Positions 1-7,713 of a stretch of DNA of 52,602 nt are shown here, piece after piece. Positions within the stretch are counted from its first letter, which is position 1, and every line of letters starts with the position of its first letter. A program made the translations under genes and the position numbers. Source of the DNA: a virus (taxonomy: Duplodnaviria > Caudoviricetes); IMG/VR virus record IMGVR_UViG_3300032287_001223, positions 1 through 52,602 of that record. The stretch is one strand, 5' to 3'. The notes under the pieces were generated by a model. That model ran no database searches and was not told where the DNA came from. It saw only the letters and a list, made by a program, of their open reading frames with translations.

Positions 1-123
1 CCTCTAGGACACAAGGCCGCTAAAGCCTTGAACCATCCCTTCGGAGCTTTAGCTCCTCCGGAGTCCACTTGTACTGAGTGTCAGGTCGAGAACCTTCGGT
101 TCGTTGCGTCACCGAGAAATTTC
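1..123. repeat. Terminal direct repeat (left copy), identical to 52480-52602
   Basis: Exact 123-nt match from cctctaggac to gagaaatttc at both ends; most likely a circular-assembly overlap. Confidence 0.95.
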
Positions 124-216
124 GCTTAGTCCCCACTGGACTTCACCTATACGTTTCACGGTGCTTACAGCACTTACTGGTGGTTTCATCGGGTTGTTGC
201 CGAATCGACGTTTTGC

Positions 217-260
217 AGTTGACCAGATTGTTGACGCTGTGTCAAGTCTTTTTTTCATTT
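217..260 (-). promoter_or_regulatory. Candidate leftward (early) sigma70 promoter overlapped by a TTGAC-N5-GTCAA palindrome
   Basis: Minus strand TTGACA (245-240), 17-nt spacer, TGg-TCAACT (poor -10 with extended TG) and an A-rich UP-like tract; palindrome at 231-245. Confidence 0.4.
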
Positions 261-810
261 CGACCCCTATTACTACGTAAAAAAGTTGGAAATAGGTGTT
301 GTTTTGGGGTTGAACGACGATTCTAGGCCGCAAAGCTTCAAGGCAGGCATCACATACACCGCTTTGCTGATAGGTAATGTAGGGGTGAAACGAGAGTGAA
401 TGAGTGCATGACGCTGAATGCAAAGCATTGAAACGATTGGATTTTTGGGTATGGCAAAAACGATATTCAGTAAATTGCTCACACTTTCCTACGGAAAACG
501 GCATTCCGACCCTCCATGCGCCCATGCCATGACCCACATCTACCCTCTTTAGAGGGCAAAATCAGGGGAAATCACGGTCTACAGCTCACCAAAATCGACA
601 GATCTGTCCCTTTGGGACGGCGTGCGCCTGCTATGACCCTTGGGTGCGATCAGGGGCAGGGGGTGGCGTGGCCGTGCCTTGCGTTGCGTGCGTCCTGAGC
701 CTCTAGCTATAGGTATTACACAAACACTAAACCTTTTTCATGCCCTCGTCTCAAAAACACCGGGGTCTATACAAACACCGCTAATTATTTTTTCTACAAA
801 ATACTCAAAT

Positions 811-884
811 TCTCTGCAATCAGTTCTGAAATCAGAGCTGAAAACACGATGCAACCCAATAACCCATAAACCCAATAACCCACT
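811..884 (+). repeat. Iteron-like array: CTGnAATCAG units at 12-bp spacing, then GATGCAACCC and AACCC repeats
   Basis: CTGCAATCAG 814, CTGAAATCAG 826, CTGAAAACAC 838, GATGCAACCC 848, four AACCC units; same layout as 38913-39004. Confidence 0.75.
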
Positions 885-1026
885 CTACTGGGTATCCTTT
901 ACTTTCACTACTTTGAATGCACTGCTTTGGTGCGAACTATCATCCCTTAATGAGGAGAGCAAAAATACATTATCAACTGGCGAGTCTCTGAGATCAGAGT
1001 TGTAATCAGGAATACTGAAAAAGGTA

Positions 1027-1055
1027 TTGCATATTCCGGATCGGGTGGGTATATT
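1027..1055 (+). promoter_or_regulatory. Putative late sigma70 promoter
   Basis: TTGCAT (1027-1032), 17-nt spacer, TATATT (1050-1055), upstream of the terminase operon. Confidence 0.6.
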
Positions 1056-1081
1056 CCCTGCCAATGATGGACAAACCATCT

Positions 1082-1174
1082 CAAGACGCATGGGGATTGT
1101 GGGCAAGGTTAAGCGACTTGACGCTAGGCCGTTCGATTCGGCAAGCCCATCAAGAGCAGTCTCCATCCGTGTTG
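1082..1174 (+). ncRNA. Candidate structured RNA with a tRNA-like T-arm
   Basis: Stem ATGGGGATTG/CAGTCTCCAT encloses TGGGC/GCCCA, an AGCG/CGCT hairpin and GCCG-TTCGATT-CGGC. Confidence 0.45.
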
Positions 1175-1260
1175 GCACAACTGAAAACACTCCGCCTTGA
1201 GTACCGAGGACTGAATCTTTCGTCCCTTGAAGAAATCGGTTATGGCTGTCAACAACAAGT

Positions 1261-1320
1261 TTGGCGAAAGCGGATGCTGTAATCTTCGGGGTTCGTACAA
1301 CAGACGTAGCGAGTAGCCGA
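1261..1320 (+). ncRNA. Candidate structured RNA with a loop-E/sarcin-ricin-like internal loop
   Basis: TTGGC-GAAA-GC-GGATG-CTGT...ACAG-ACGTA-GC-GAGTA-GCCGA; contains a GAA/AGUA internal loop. Confidence 0.45.
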
Positions 1321-1337
1321 CAAACAAAGAGGAAACA

Positions 1338-1619
1338 ATGGCAACAAAGAAATCTACTGAAGCAGTGAGTGCTCGTCGGGAGCAGCTTCGGGAAGAACAC
1401 GCCGTTGCTGTCCGTGAAAAGATTCAAGTGTCAAGCTTGGTCACCACTCTAGAAAACTTTGCTCTCGGCAAGGGAACCGCCAAGTTGACTGCGGCTCGGA
1501 TCAAAGCGATTGAGATGTTGCTGGACAAGACACTGCCGAACTTGGCTTCGATCAAGCACGAGACAGATGCGAAGAGTGTTACATTCATGATTGGTTCAAC
1601 CTTTGTAAAGCCTGAATGA
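1338..1619 (+). CDS. terS: Terminase small subunit
   Basis: 93 aa, GAGGA RBS, ATGA-coupled to TerL; ARIKAIEMLLDKTLPNL motif typical of small TerS. Confidence 0.7.
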   Translation: MATKKSTEAVSARREQLREEHAVAVREKIQVSSLVTTLENFALGKGTAKLTAARIKAIEMLLDKTLPNLASIKHETDAKSVTFMIGSTFVKPE

Positions 1620-3052
1620 CTGTTATCCAGTACAACCCGCCAGGACAAGTGGCAGCCGACTTTCATATTTCTGAAGCGGATGTCCGAGGAATCAAAGGGC
1701 CGGTCGGTTCTGGAAAATCCTCAACCTGCTGCATGGAGATTGTCAAACACTCCCTCAAGCAAACCCCACACAATGGTTGGCGCAAGGCTCGATGGGCTGT
1801 CATCCGTAATACCTACCCTGAACTGAAGTCCACAACGATCAAGACTTGGCAGACTTGGTTCAATGATGAGCTGGCTCCGATCAAGTGGGATGCCCCAATC
1901 ACAGCTCACATGAAGATCAAAGACTGTGGAGACGGCAACGGACTAGATCTCGAAGTCATCTTCATCGCTTTAGATAAAGCTTCCGAAACCGGCAAGCTGA
2001 GATCTCTCGAACTTACTGGAGCTTGGATCAATGAAGCCTCAGAGGTTCCGCATGAAGTCTTCAACATGGTTACACAGAGGATCGGTCGTTACCCCGCGAA
2101 GACTCACGGCGGCGGCCCCGTTCATCCATGCGTCATCCTCGATACCAACCCGCCTGACGACGATCACTGGTATTACAAGATTGCAGAAGAAGACACCCCC
2201 GAAGGATGGGAATTCTTTAACCAACCGGGTGGTCTCATTCGTCTTCAAGAGGGCGATGATGTTCAATACAAGCCGAATCCGGATGCGGAGAATGTGTTCA
2301 ACCTTCCTCAAGGGTATGAGTATTACCTGAAGATGATTAAGGGTAAGTCCGACGACTGGATAAAAGTCTTCGTCCTCGGCCAGTACGGAACCACCGCTGA
2401 CGGAAAGCCAGTCTACCCAGAGTACAACGACAGAATCCACACCTCGGAAGAGGAGATCCTTGTGAACAGAGGACTACCTCTGTACCTTGGATGGGACTTC
2501 GGACTCACCCCAGCCTGCATCGTCGGACAGATTACTGCCCGTGGACAGCTTGTGATTCTTGAAGAGTTCCTAGCTGAAGACATGGGTATCAGACAGTTTG
2601 CTCAGGAAATCGTCAAGCCAGCCTTGATGACGACCTACTCTGGAATGAGGTTCATCTCTGTTGGCGATCCTGCTGGAACGCATAGGTCTCAAGCGGATGA
2701 GAGAACCTGCTACCAAGAACTTCTGGAATCAGGGATAGCAAGTGAGCCGACCAATACAAACGATTTCATACCACGCAGAGAATCTGTTGCGTACTTCCTC
2801 AACAAGTTGGCTGGGGGAGAACCTGGATTTCTTCTCTCGCCAAACTGCCGCCAACTCCGCAAAGGGTTCCTCGGTGGTTACAGGTACGAACGACTCAAGG
2901 TTGCCGGTGAAAGATACCGAGACCGACCAGTCAAAGACAGATTCAGCCATCCACACGATGCACTCCAGTACCTCTGTTTAGCAGCTCGTAGCGGCAAAGT
3001 AGAAGTGAGAGCACGGGTAATTAAAAAAGCGTCCAGCAAAGCATGGGCATGA
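1616..3052 (+). CDS. terL: Terminase large subunit
   Basis: Walker A GPVGSGKS, Walker B AWINEASE, DTNPP coupling motif, nuclease GWDFG and HPHDALQY. Confidence 0.95.
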   Translation: MTVIQYNPPGQVAADFHISEADVRGIKGPVGSGKSSTCCMEIVKHSLKQTPHNGWRKARWAVIRNTYPELKSTTIKTWQTWFNDELAPIKWDAPITAHMKIKDCGDGNGLDLEVIFIALDKASETGKLRSLELTGAWINEASEVPHEVFNMVTQRIGRYPAKTHGGGPVHPCVILDTNPPDDDHWYYKIAEEDTPEGWEFFNQPGGLIRLQEGDDVQYKPNPDAENVFNLPQGYEYYLKMIKGKSDDWIKVFVLGQYGTTADGKPVYPEYNDRIHTSEEEILVNRGLPLYLGWDFGLTPACIVGQITARGQLVILEEFLAEDMGIRQFAQEIVKPALMTTYSGMRFISVGDPAGTHRSQADERTCYQELLESGIASEPTNTNDFIPRRESVAYFLNKLAGGEPGFLLSPNCRQLRKGFLGGYRYERLKVAGERYRDRPVKDRFSHPHDALQYLCLAARSGKVEVRARVIKKASSKAWA

Positions 3053-3062
3053 GGAATAAACC

Positions 3063-5087
3063 ATGACACAGGTGTATCAGGCAGCCGCGCCAGTCGAAGC
3101 AGACATCAGCGCCGTCCAAGCACAGGGCGTGGATAACTCCGACCTGATCGCTATGGGCATCTCTGGTCACATCAATTCTTGCTGGACTCAAGCGAAGATG
3201 GCTAAACAAGACATCACAGAGCGCCTACTCCAGTGCGAGCGCCAGCGGCGTGGTGAATATGATCCAGACAAAGCTATGGACATAGCCAATACTGGCGGAT
3301 CAGACATCTTCATGATGCTGACAGACGTTAAGTGTGCCGCCGCCAAGTCGTGGATTCAGGACGTAATGCTCCAAGCAAACCGTCCTTTTGACCTTGTACC
3401 CGCTCAGGAACCACAGATTCCTCCTGAAGTCCGTCTGTCGATCATCGACTTGGTTCGGACAGAGGCAGAAGATTACGTTCTTGCTGGTCAGGAACTACAC
3501 CCAGAGACATTCCGCAAGCGGATGAACGAAGTCCACGACATGATTTCTATTCGTGTCAAGGAAGAAGCCAAGGCTACCGCAGAGAGAATGGCTCAGGTCA
3601 TCCAAGATCAACTGGATGTTGGTAAGTTCAAGCCTGCCATGCAGGACTTCATTGATGACTTCGTGACGTTCCCCACGGCCATCCTCAAAGGCCCAAGCGT
3701 TCGCCGCAAGAAGCAACTCCAATGGGGGCCAAACTTCATGCCTATCGTTGTGAACGATATGATTCGTGAGGTTTCAAGGGTTTCTCCTTACGACATCTTC
3801 CCAAGCGCCAACTCAATGGGCGTGGATGACGGCTTCCTGATCCAGCGTCACCGTCTGTCGGCTAAGACCTTGGAGTCCATGAAGGGTGTCCCCGGATACT
3901 CGGACGACGAGATAGATCAAGTCATCATCCGTTACGCAAGAACTGGTTACCGGTACAACGAGTTCGGCGACCAACAGCGTGACGACCTCGAAGGCAAGAC
4001 GAATTCCCAAATGCACAACGATCACCTGATCGAAGCACTGGAATTCTGGGGGCCAGTCATGGGCGACCTGCTCATGCAGTGGGGTATGAAGGACGTAGAA
4101 CCCAACAAGGTCTACGAGATCAATGCTTGGCAAGTGGCAAACTTCACAATCAAGGTGGTTCTGAATCCAGATCCACTTGGTGAGCGCCCTTACGAGATCG
4201 CCTCATGGAGAACCATTCCTTCAGCTTTCTGGGGCATGGCTCTTCCTGAGAACATGCGCGATGTGCAAATCATGTGCAACGCCTCTGCTCGCGCACTAGC
4301 GAACAACATGGGTATCGGCTCCGGCCCTCAAGTTGAAGTGGCTGTGGACAGATTGGCTGACGGCGAAGACATTACACAGATGTATCCTTGGAAGATCTGG
4401 CAGACCACATCGGATAAAACTGGTGGCGGGCAGCCGGGTGTTCGCTTCTTTATGCCTGAGATGAAGGCTGCTGAGTTGATGGGCATCTACAACCAGTTCG
4501 CCAAACAAGCGGACGAAGTGACAGGTATCCCAAATTACATCTACGGTTCTGGCTCTGGAGCAAGTGGCGCAGGCCGCACAGCTTCTGGTCTGTCTATGTT
4601 GATGGACAACGCCGCCAAGGGAATCAAGATGGCGGTCGGCACAATCGACGATGTTGTCGTCATGGTCGTCAATCGCTTCTACATTCACAACATGATCTAC
4701 AACCCAGACCCCTACATCAAGGGTGACTTCCGTGTTGTAGCCAAGGGTGCAATGGGATTGATTGCCAAAGAACAGATCCAGGTTCGCCGCAATGAGTTCT
4801 TGAATCTTGTGCTCAGCAACCAGATCGCTCTACAGATTGTTGGCCCAGAAGGTGCTGCTTATCTGTTGCGCGAAACAGCGATGGGCTTACAGATGGATAC
4901 CGACAGATTGGTTCCATCGACAGAGATGATGAAGTTCAAACAAGAACAGATTCAGATGGCAATGCAACAGTTGCAGGCCACAATGCCACAACAACAGATT
5001 GCAGCACCAGAGGCAACAAACCCAGCCGGAGACCAAGCGCCTCCTGCAATGAATACAGTTCAACCCCAACAAGGAGTATCAGCATGA
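3063..5087 (+). CDS. Portal protein
   Basis: 674 aa directly after TerL; ADEVTGIP...RTASGLSML motif and Gln-rich C-terminus typical of podoviral portals. Confidence 0.85.
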   Translation: MTQVYQAAAPVEADISAVQAQGVDNSDLIAMGISGHINSCWTQAKMAKQDITERLLQCERQRRGEYDPDKAMDIANTGGSDIFMMLTDVKCAAAKSWIQDVMLQANRPFDLVPAQEPQIPPEVRLSIIDLVRTEAEDYVLAGQELHPETFRKRMNEVHDMISIRVKEEAKATAERMAQVIQDQLDVGKFKPAMQDFIDDFVTFPTAILKGPSVRRKKQLQWGPNFMPIVVNDMIREVSRVSPYDIFPSANSMGVDDGFLIQRHRLSAKTLESMKGVPGYSDDEIDQVIIRYARTGYRYNEFGDQQRDDLEGKTNSQMHNDHLIEALEFWGPVMGDLLMQWGMKDVEPNKVYEINAWQVANFTIKVVLNPDPLGERPYEIASWRTIPSAFWGMALPENMRDVQIMCNASARALANNMGIGSGPQVEVAVDRLADGEDITQMYPWKIWQTTSDKTGGGQPGVRFFMPEMKAAELMGIYNQFAKQADEVTGIPNYIYGSGSGASGAGRTASGLSMLMDNAAKGIKMAVGTIDDVVVMVVNRFYIHNMIYNPDPYIKGDFRVVAKGAMGLIAKEQIQVRRNEFLNLVLSNQIALQIVGPEGAAYLLRETAMGLQMDTDRLVPSTEMMKFKQEQIQMAMQQLQATMPQQQIAAPEATNPAGDQAPPAMNTVQPQQGVSA

Positions 5088-5353
5088 TGACCAAAAAAGT
5101 TGCCAAGAAAGGCATGATCCCCGCAGGCTACGCCAACGGCGGTAAAGCCATGAAAGAAGAAGGCAAGGGCCACGCCAAGAAAGAAATGGCTGCTTTGAAA
5201 AAAGGCGGCGCTTCCAAGAAGATCATGATGTCCGAAGCCAAAGAGTACGGCATGAAGATGGCGAATGGCGGCAAGGCATTCAAGCCTTGCGCTGGTTGCC
5301 CCATGCCAAAGAAGTGCGCTGCCGCAGGTAAGTGCTTGAAGGGTGGAAAATGA
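5084..5353 (+). CDS. Small Lys/Met-rich basic protein with A(N/K)GG repeats and a Cys cluster
   Basis: AAGGAG RBS, ATGA overlap; YANGG and MANGG motifs; CAGC...C...C. Confidence 0.75.
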   Translation: MMTKKVAKKGMIPAGYANGGKAMKEEGKGHAKKEMAALKKGGASKKIMMSEAKEYGMKMANGGKAFKPCAGCPMPKKCAAAGKCLKGGK

Positions 5354-5433
5354 TTTCCAAGATCGTTGAGCAGGTCAAGGCTTTGCTTGCCAAGGTCATG
5401 GAGCAAGTCAATAAGTTGAAGGAAAAGAAATGA
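5350..5433 (+). CDS. 27-aa amphipathic peptide MISKIVEQVKALLAKVMEQVNKLKEKK (not in the ORF track)
   Basis: ATGA-coupled at both ends, filling the gap exactly. Confidence 0.6.
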   Translation: MISKIVEQVKALLAKVMEQVNKLKEKK

Positions 5434-6431
5434 AACCAGATTGGCAAAACAAGAGCTACGCCAAGACAAGCTCACCCACCGCCCCTTCGACTATGCACTC
5501 TAAGTTGAAGGTGGGCATGACCAGCCTTCACTCGAAGATTGCTGTCTCCAACCACAACATGCCTAGTCAGCCAAAGCCTGCTGTTCGCAAGTTTGCTGAT
5601 GGTGGTGCTGTGATGACTCGCTCAGATGATGAGATTGGTGATACCAATCCTCGCACGGGCAAGGTAGATCCTGGCAGCTATGACCGTCGAATGGCTGAAG
5701 GTGCAAAGAACATGGAGCGCCTGCGCTCTGCCGCCGACAGTATCAAGTCATTCTTCTCTGGTGAAGACAAATCCTCTTCAGACAAATCCTCTTCAGACAA
5801 CATCACCAACAATGATGGAGCGAATGAGTCTGACAAGGCAAAGAGAGAAATCATCTCTGCTGCAATGACACCAAAGTCAGAGACAAGTACAGCGATGACA
5901 GAGACAAAGACAGAACCCCCTTCATACATGAAGGGTGTCCGCGAGACTCTGATGAAGCCAAAGGCTGAGTCAACCATGACGATGCCAGCAGAAGAGGCTA
6001 AAGCACCCAAAGTATCCAAGTCTCCCAAAGCTCCCTCAGAGCCAGTTGCAGAAGTTAAGACAAAACCCATTAAGCCGGTTGGCAAGTCAGCCAGATTGAG
6101 TCCTATGGGTCAGTCGGCAAAAGACATTGAGGCAATGGTTGAAGAGAAAAAGAGACAGAAAGACATTCAGCGGAATAGCCCAGACACTGGAGACGAAGCA
6201 AAACGCCTCCGTGATCGAACAAGCAAATCTATCCCAGGTGTTGTTGGTCGATTTGATCTTCAAGGAAACCAAATTCCTGTCGGACTCGGGCCAAGATCTT
6301 CGCAAGTTTATAGCGGCGATGGAAGTACCGCTATGAGTCGCGCCGAAAACAGATACCTTCAATCGCGCATTGATGCTGGTAACTTGACAGCGATGGAGAG
6401 AGCGCAGGCTAAGCGAGCTGGCTTGATCTAA
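5430..6431 (+). CDS. Low-complexity basic protein, possibly internal to the head
   Basis: 333 aa, Lys/Ser/Pro-rich, KFADGG motif, in the head module. Confidence 0.7.
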   Translation: MKPDWQNKSYAKTSSPTAPSTMHSKLKVGMTSLHSKIAVSNHNMPSQPKPAVRKFADGGAVMTRSDDEIGDTNPRTGKVDPGSYDRRMAEGAKNMERLRSAADSIKSFFSGEDKSSSDKSSSDNITNNDGANESDKAKREIISAAMTPKSETSTAMTETKTEPPSYMKGVRETLMKPKAESTMTMPAEEAKAPKVSKSPKAPSEPVAEVKTKPIKPVGKSARLSPMGQSAKDIEAMVEEKKRQKDIQRNSPDTGDEAKRLRDRTSKSIPGVVGRFDLQGNQIPVGLGPRSSQVYSGDGSTAMSRAENRYLQSRIDAGNLTAMERAQAKRAGLI

Positions 6432-6664
6432 TGCTTCAGAAGCCATCAATACAAGTTTTAAACGCCCTTGCTTCACTCAAGGGTAACCCTCAGTTTGAGA
6501 CCATTCAGCAATGGATGGCGGCTTCACTGCAAGACCTATACCGCGACAGCGCCAGCACAAAGGATGAAGTCCTATGTCGTTGGCAGCAAGGAGCGGCGCA
6601 GGCTGTGAGTGAGTTTTTAGAAAAATCAAAGGATGCCGAAGAGGTTATCCGAAAGTTGCGGTAG
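6431..6664 (+). CDS. Conserved small head-module protein
   Basis: 77 aa helical protein with RWQQGAAQAV, typical of genes between portal and scaffold. Confidence 0.7.
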   Translation: MLQKPSIQVLNALASLKGNPQFETIQQWMAASLQDLYRDSASTKDEVLCRWQQGAAQAVSEFLEKSKDAEEVIRKLR

Positions 6665-6794
6665 ATAGTCTTAGGACTGTCTAGCAGCATTTTGCTGCAA
6701 CAGGTGCTGGCCTTCCCAGCAACCGTTGAACACCGAACAAATCACTCGAATACCGCAAGACTCGAATGTGACTGTCTCGGCTCACGGAGAAACG

Positions 6795-7679
6795 ATGTCT
6801 ACATTACCACGTGCAGTAATCGCCGCTGAAAAGCGAGCTGATGAAATTTTGCAAGAGATAGAGAAGCAGAGCCAGATGGAGCAAATGCCTCAACCTCCGG
6901 TTGAATCGCAAGACCCTCCAACTCCCCAACCTCCTATTGACTCCACGCCTCCTCCTCAAGAGGAAAGCTGGGAACACCGATTCAAGGTTTTACAAGGGAA
7001 GTACAACGCTGAAGTTCCTCGCTTTGCACATGAGAATAAAGATTTAAAAGGTCGTCTCCAGTCTCTCGAAGAACAACTCGAAGATATGAAGAACGCAAAA
7101 CCTGTCGAGCTTTTGGTTAAGCCAGAAGAGATCGAGCAATACGGTGAAGGTTTGATTGACGTAGCCCGTCGAGTCGCCAGAGAAGAGCTGGCATCGAAGG
7201 ACGCACAGATTGCAAAACTCCGATCCGAAATTGATTCTGTCAAATCTGTTCAATCACATGTCGTGCAGGACAACTTTTTTAAATCATTGACTGAAATGGT
7301 TCCCGACTGGGAGGCCCTTAACGCCGACGCTAATTTTCTAAATTGGCTCGATGGTGTTGATGACCTTACAGGAGAAACCAGACAGGCTCTTCTCGGCAAA
7401 GCAGAAAATCAACGTGATCCAGTTCGAGCTGCGAAGTTCTTCAACATGTATAAGAAGACATCACAATCGTGGGCGGCACAAAGTAACGCATCGATGGAAC
7501 AGCAAATTGTCCCACCAACAAACCAAGCTCCTTCTACACCGCAAGCGAAGAAGATTTGGACTCGCGCAGAAATCACAATTTTCTACGACAGGGTGAGACG
7601 AGGAACTATTTCAGATGCAGACGCAAGTGCCATTGAAGCTGATATTGCATCAGCATCTTTCGAGGGTCGTATTCGATGA
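6795..7679 (+). CDS. Capsid scaffolding protein
   Basis: GGAG RBS before ATG 6795; acidic coiled-coil, WEHRFKVLQGKYNAEVP, C-terminal EGRIR; directly before the capsid gene. Confidence 0.8.
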   Translation: MSTLPRAVIAAEKRADEILQEIEKQSQMEQMPQPPVESQDPPTPQPPIDSTPPPQEESWEHRFKVLQGKYNAEVPRFAHENKDLKGRLQSLEEQLEDMKNAKPVELLVKPEEIEQYGEGLIDVARRVAREELASKDAQIAKLRSEIDSVKSVQSHVVQDNFFKSLTEMVPDWEALNADANFLNWLDGVDDLTGETRQALLGKAENQRDPVRAAKFFNMYKKTSQSWAAQSNASMEQQIVPPTNQAPSTPQAKKIWTRAEITIFYDRVRRGTISDADASAIEADIASASFEGRIR

Positions 7680-7713
7680 CCCAAACAAATCAATCTTTTT
7701 TTAAGGAAATACC

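Noticed and set aside
150-212. Hammerhead-like pieces on the minus strand (acGUC...CCGAUGA...GAAAcgu)
   Set aside because: The core reads CCGAUGA rather than CUGAUGA, and stems I and II do not pair next to the core.
654-780. G-rich run and ACAAACAC repeats as a pac or cos site
   Set aside because: The location upstream of terS is plausible, but nothing in the sequence alone identifies a cleavage site.
1099-1150. Possible tRNA gene
   Set aside because: It has a T-loop but no D-arm, no proper 7-nt anticodon loop and no CCA; kept only as a tRNA-like structure.
78-1427. ORFs 78-326, 109-537, 273-482, 516-698, 640-1005, 885-1427 and 1064-1282
   Set aside because: No convincing RBS or protein-like motifs. 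The region is better explained by promoters, iterons and RNA structure. The resemblance of 640-1005 to the initiator linker reflects the shared DNA repeats.
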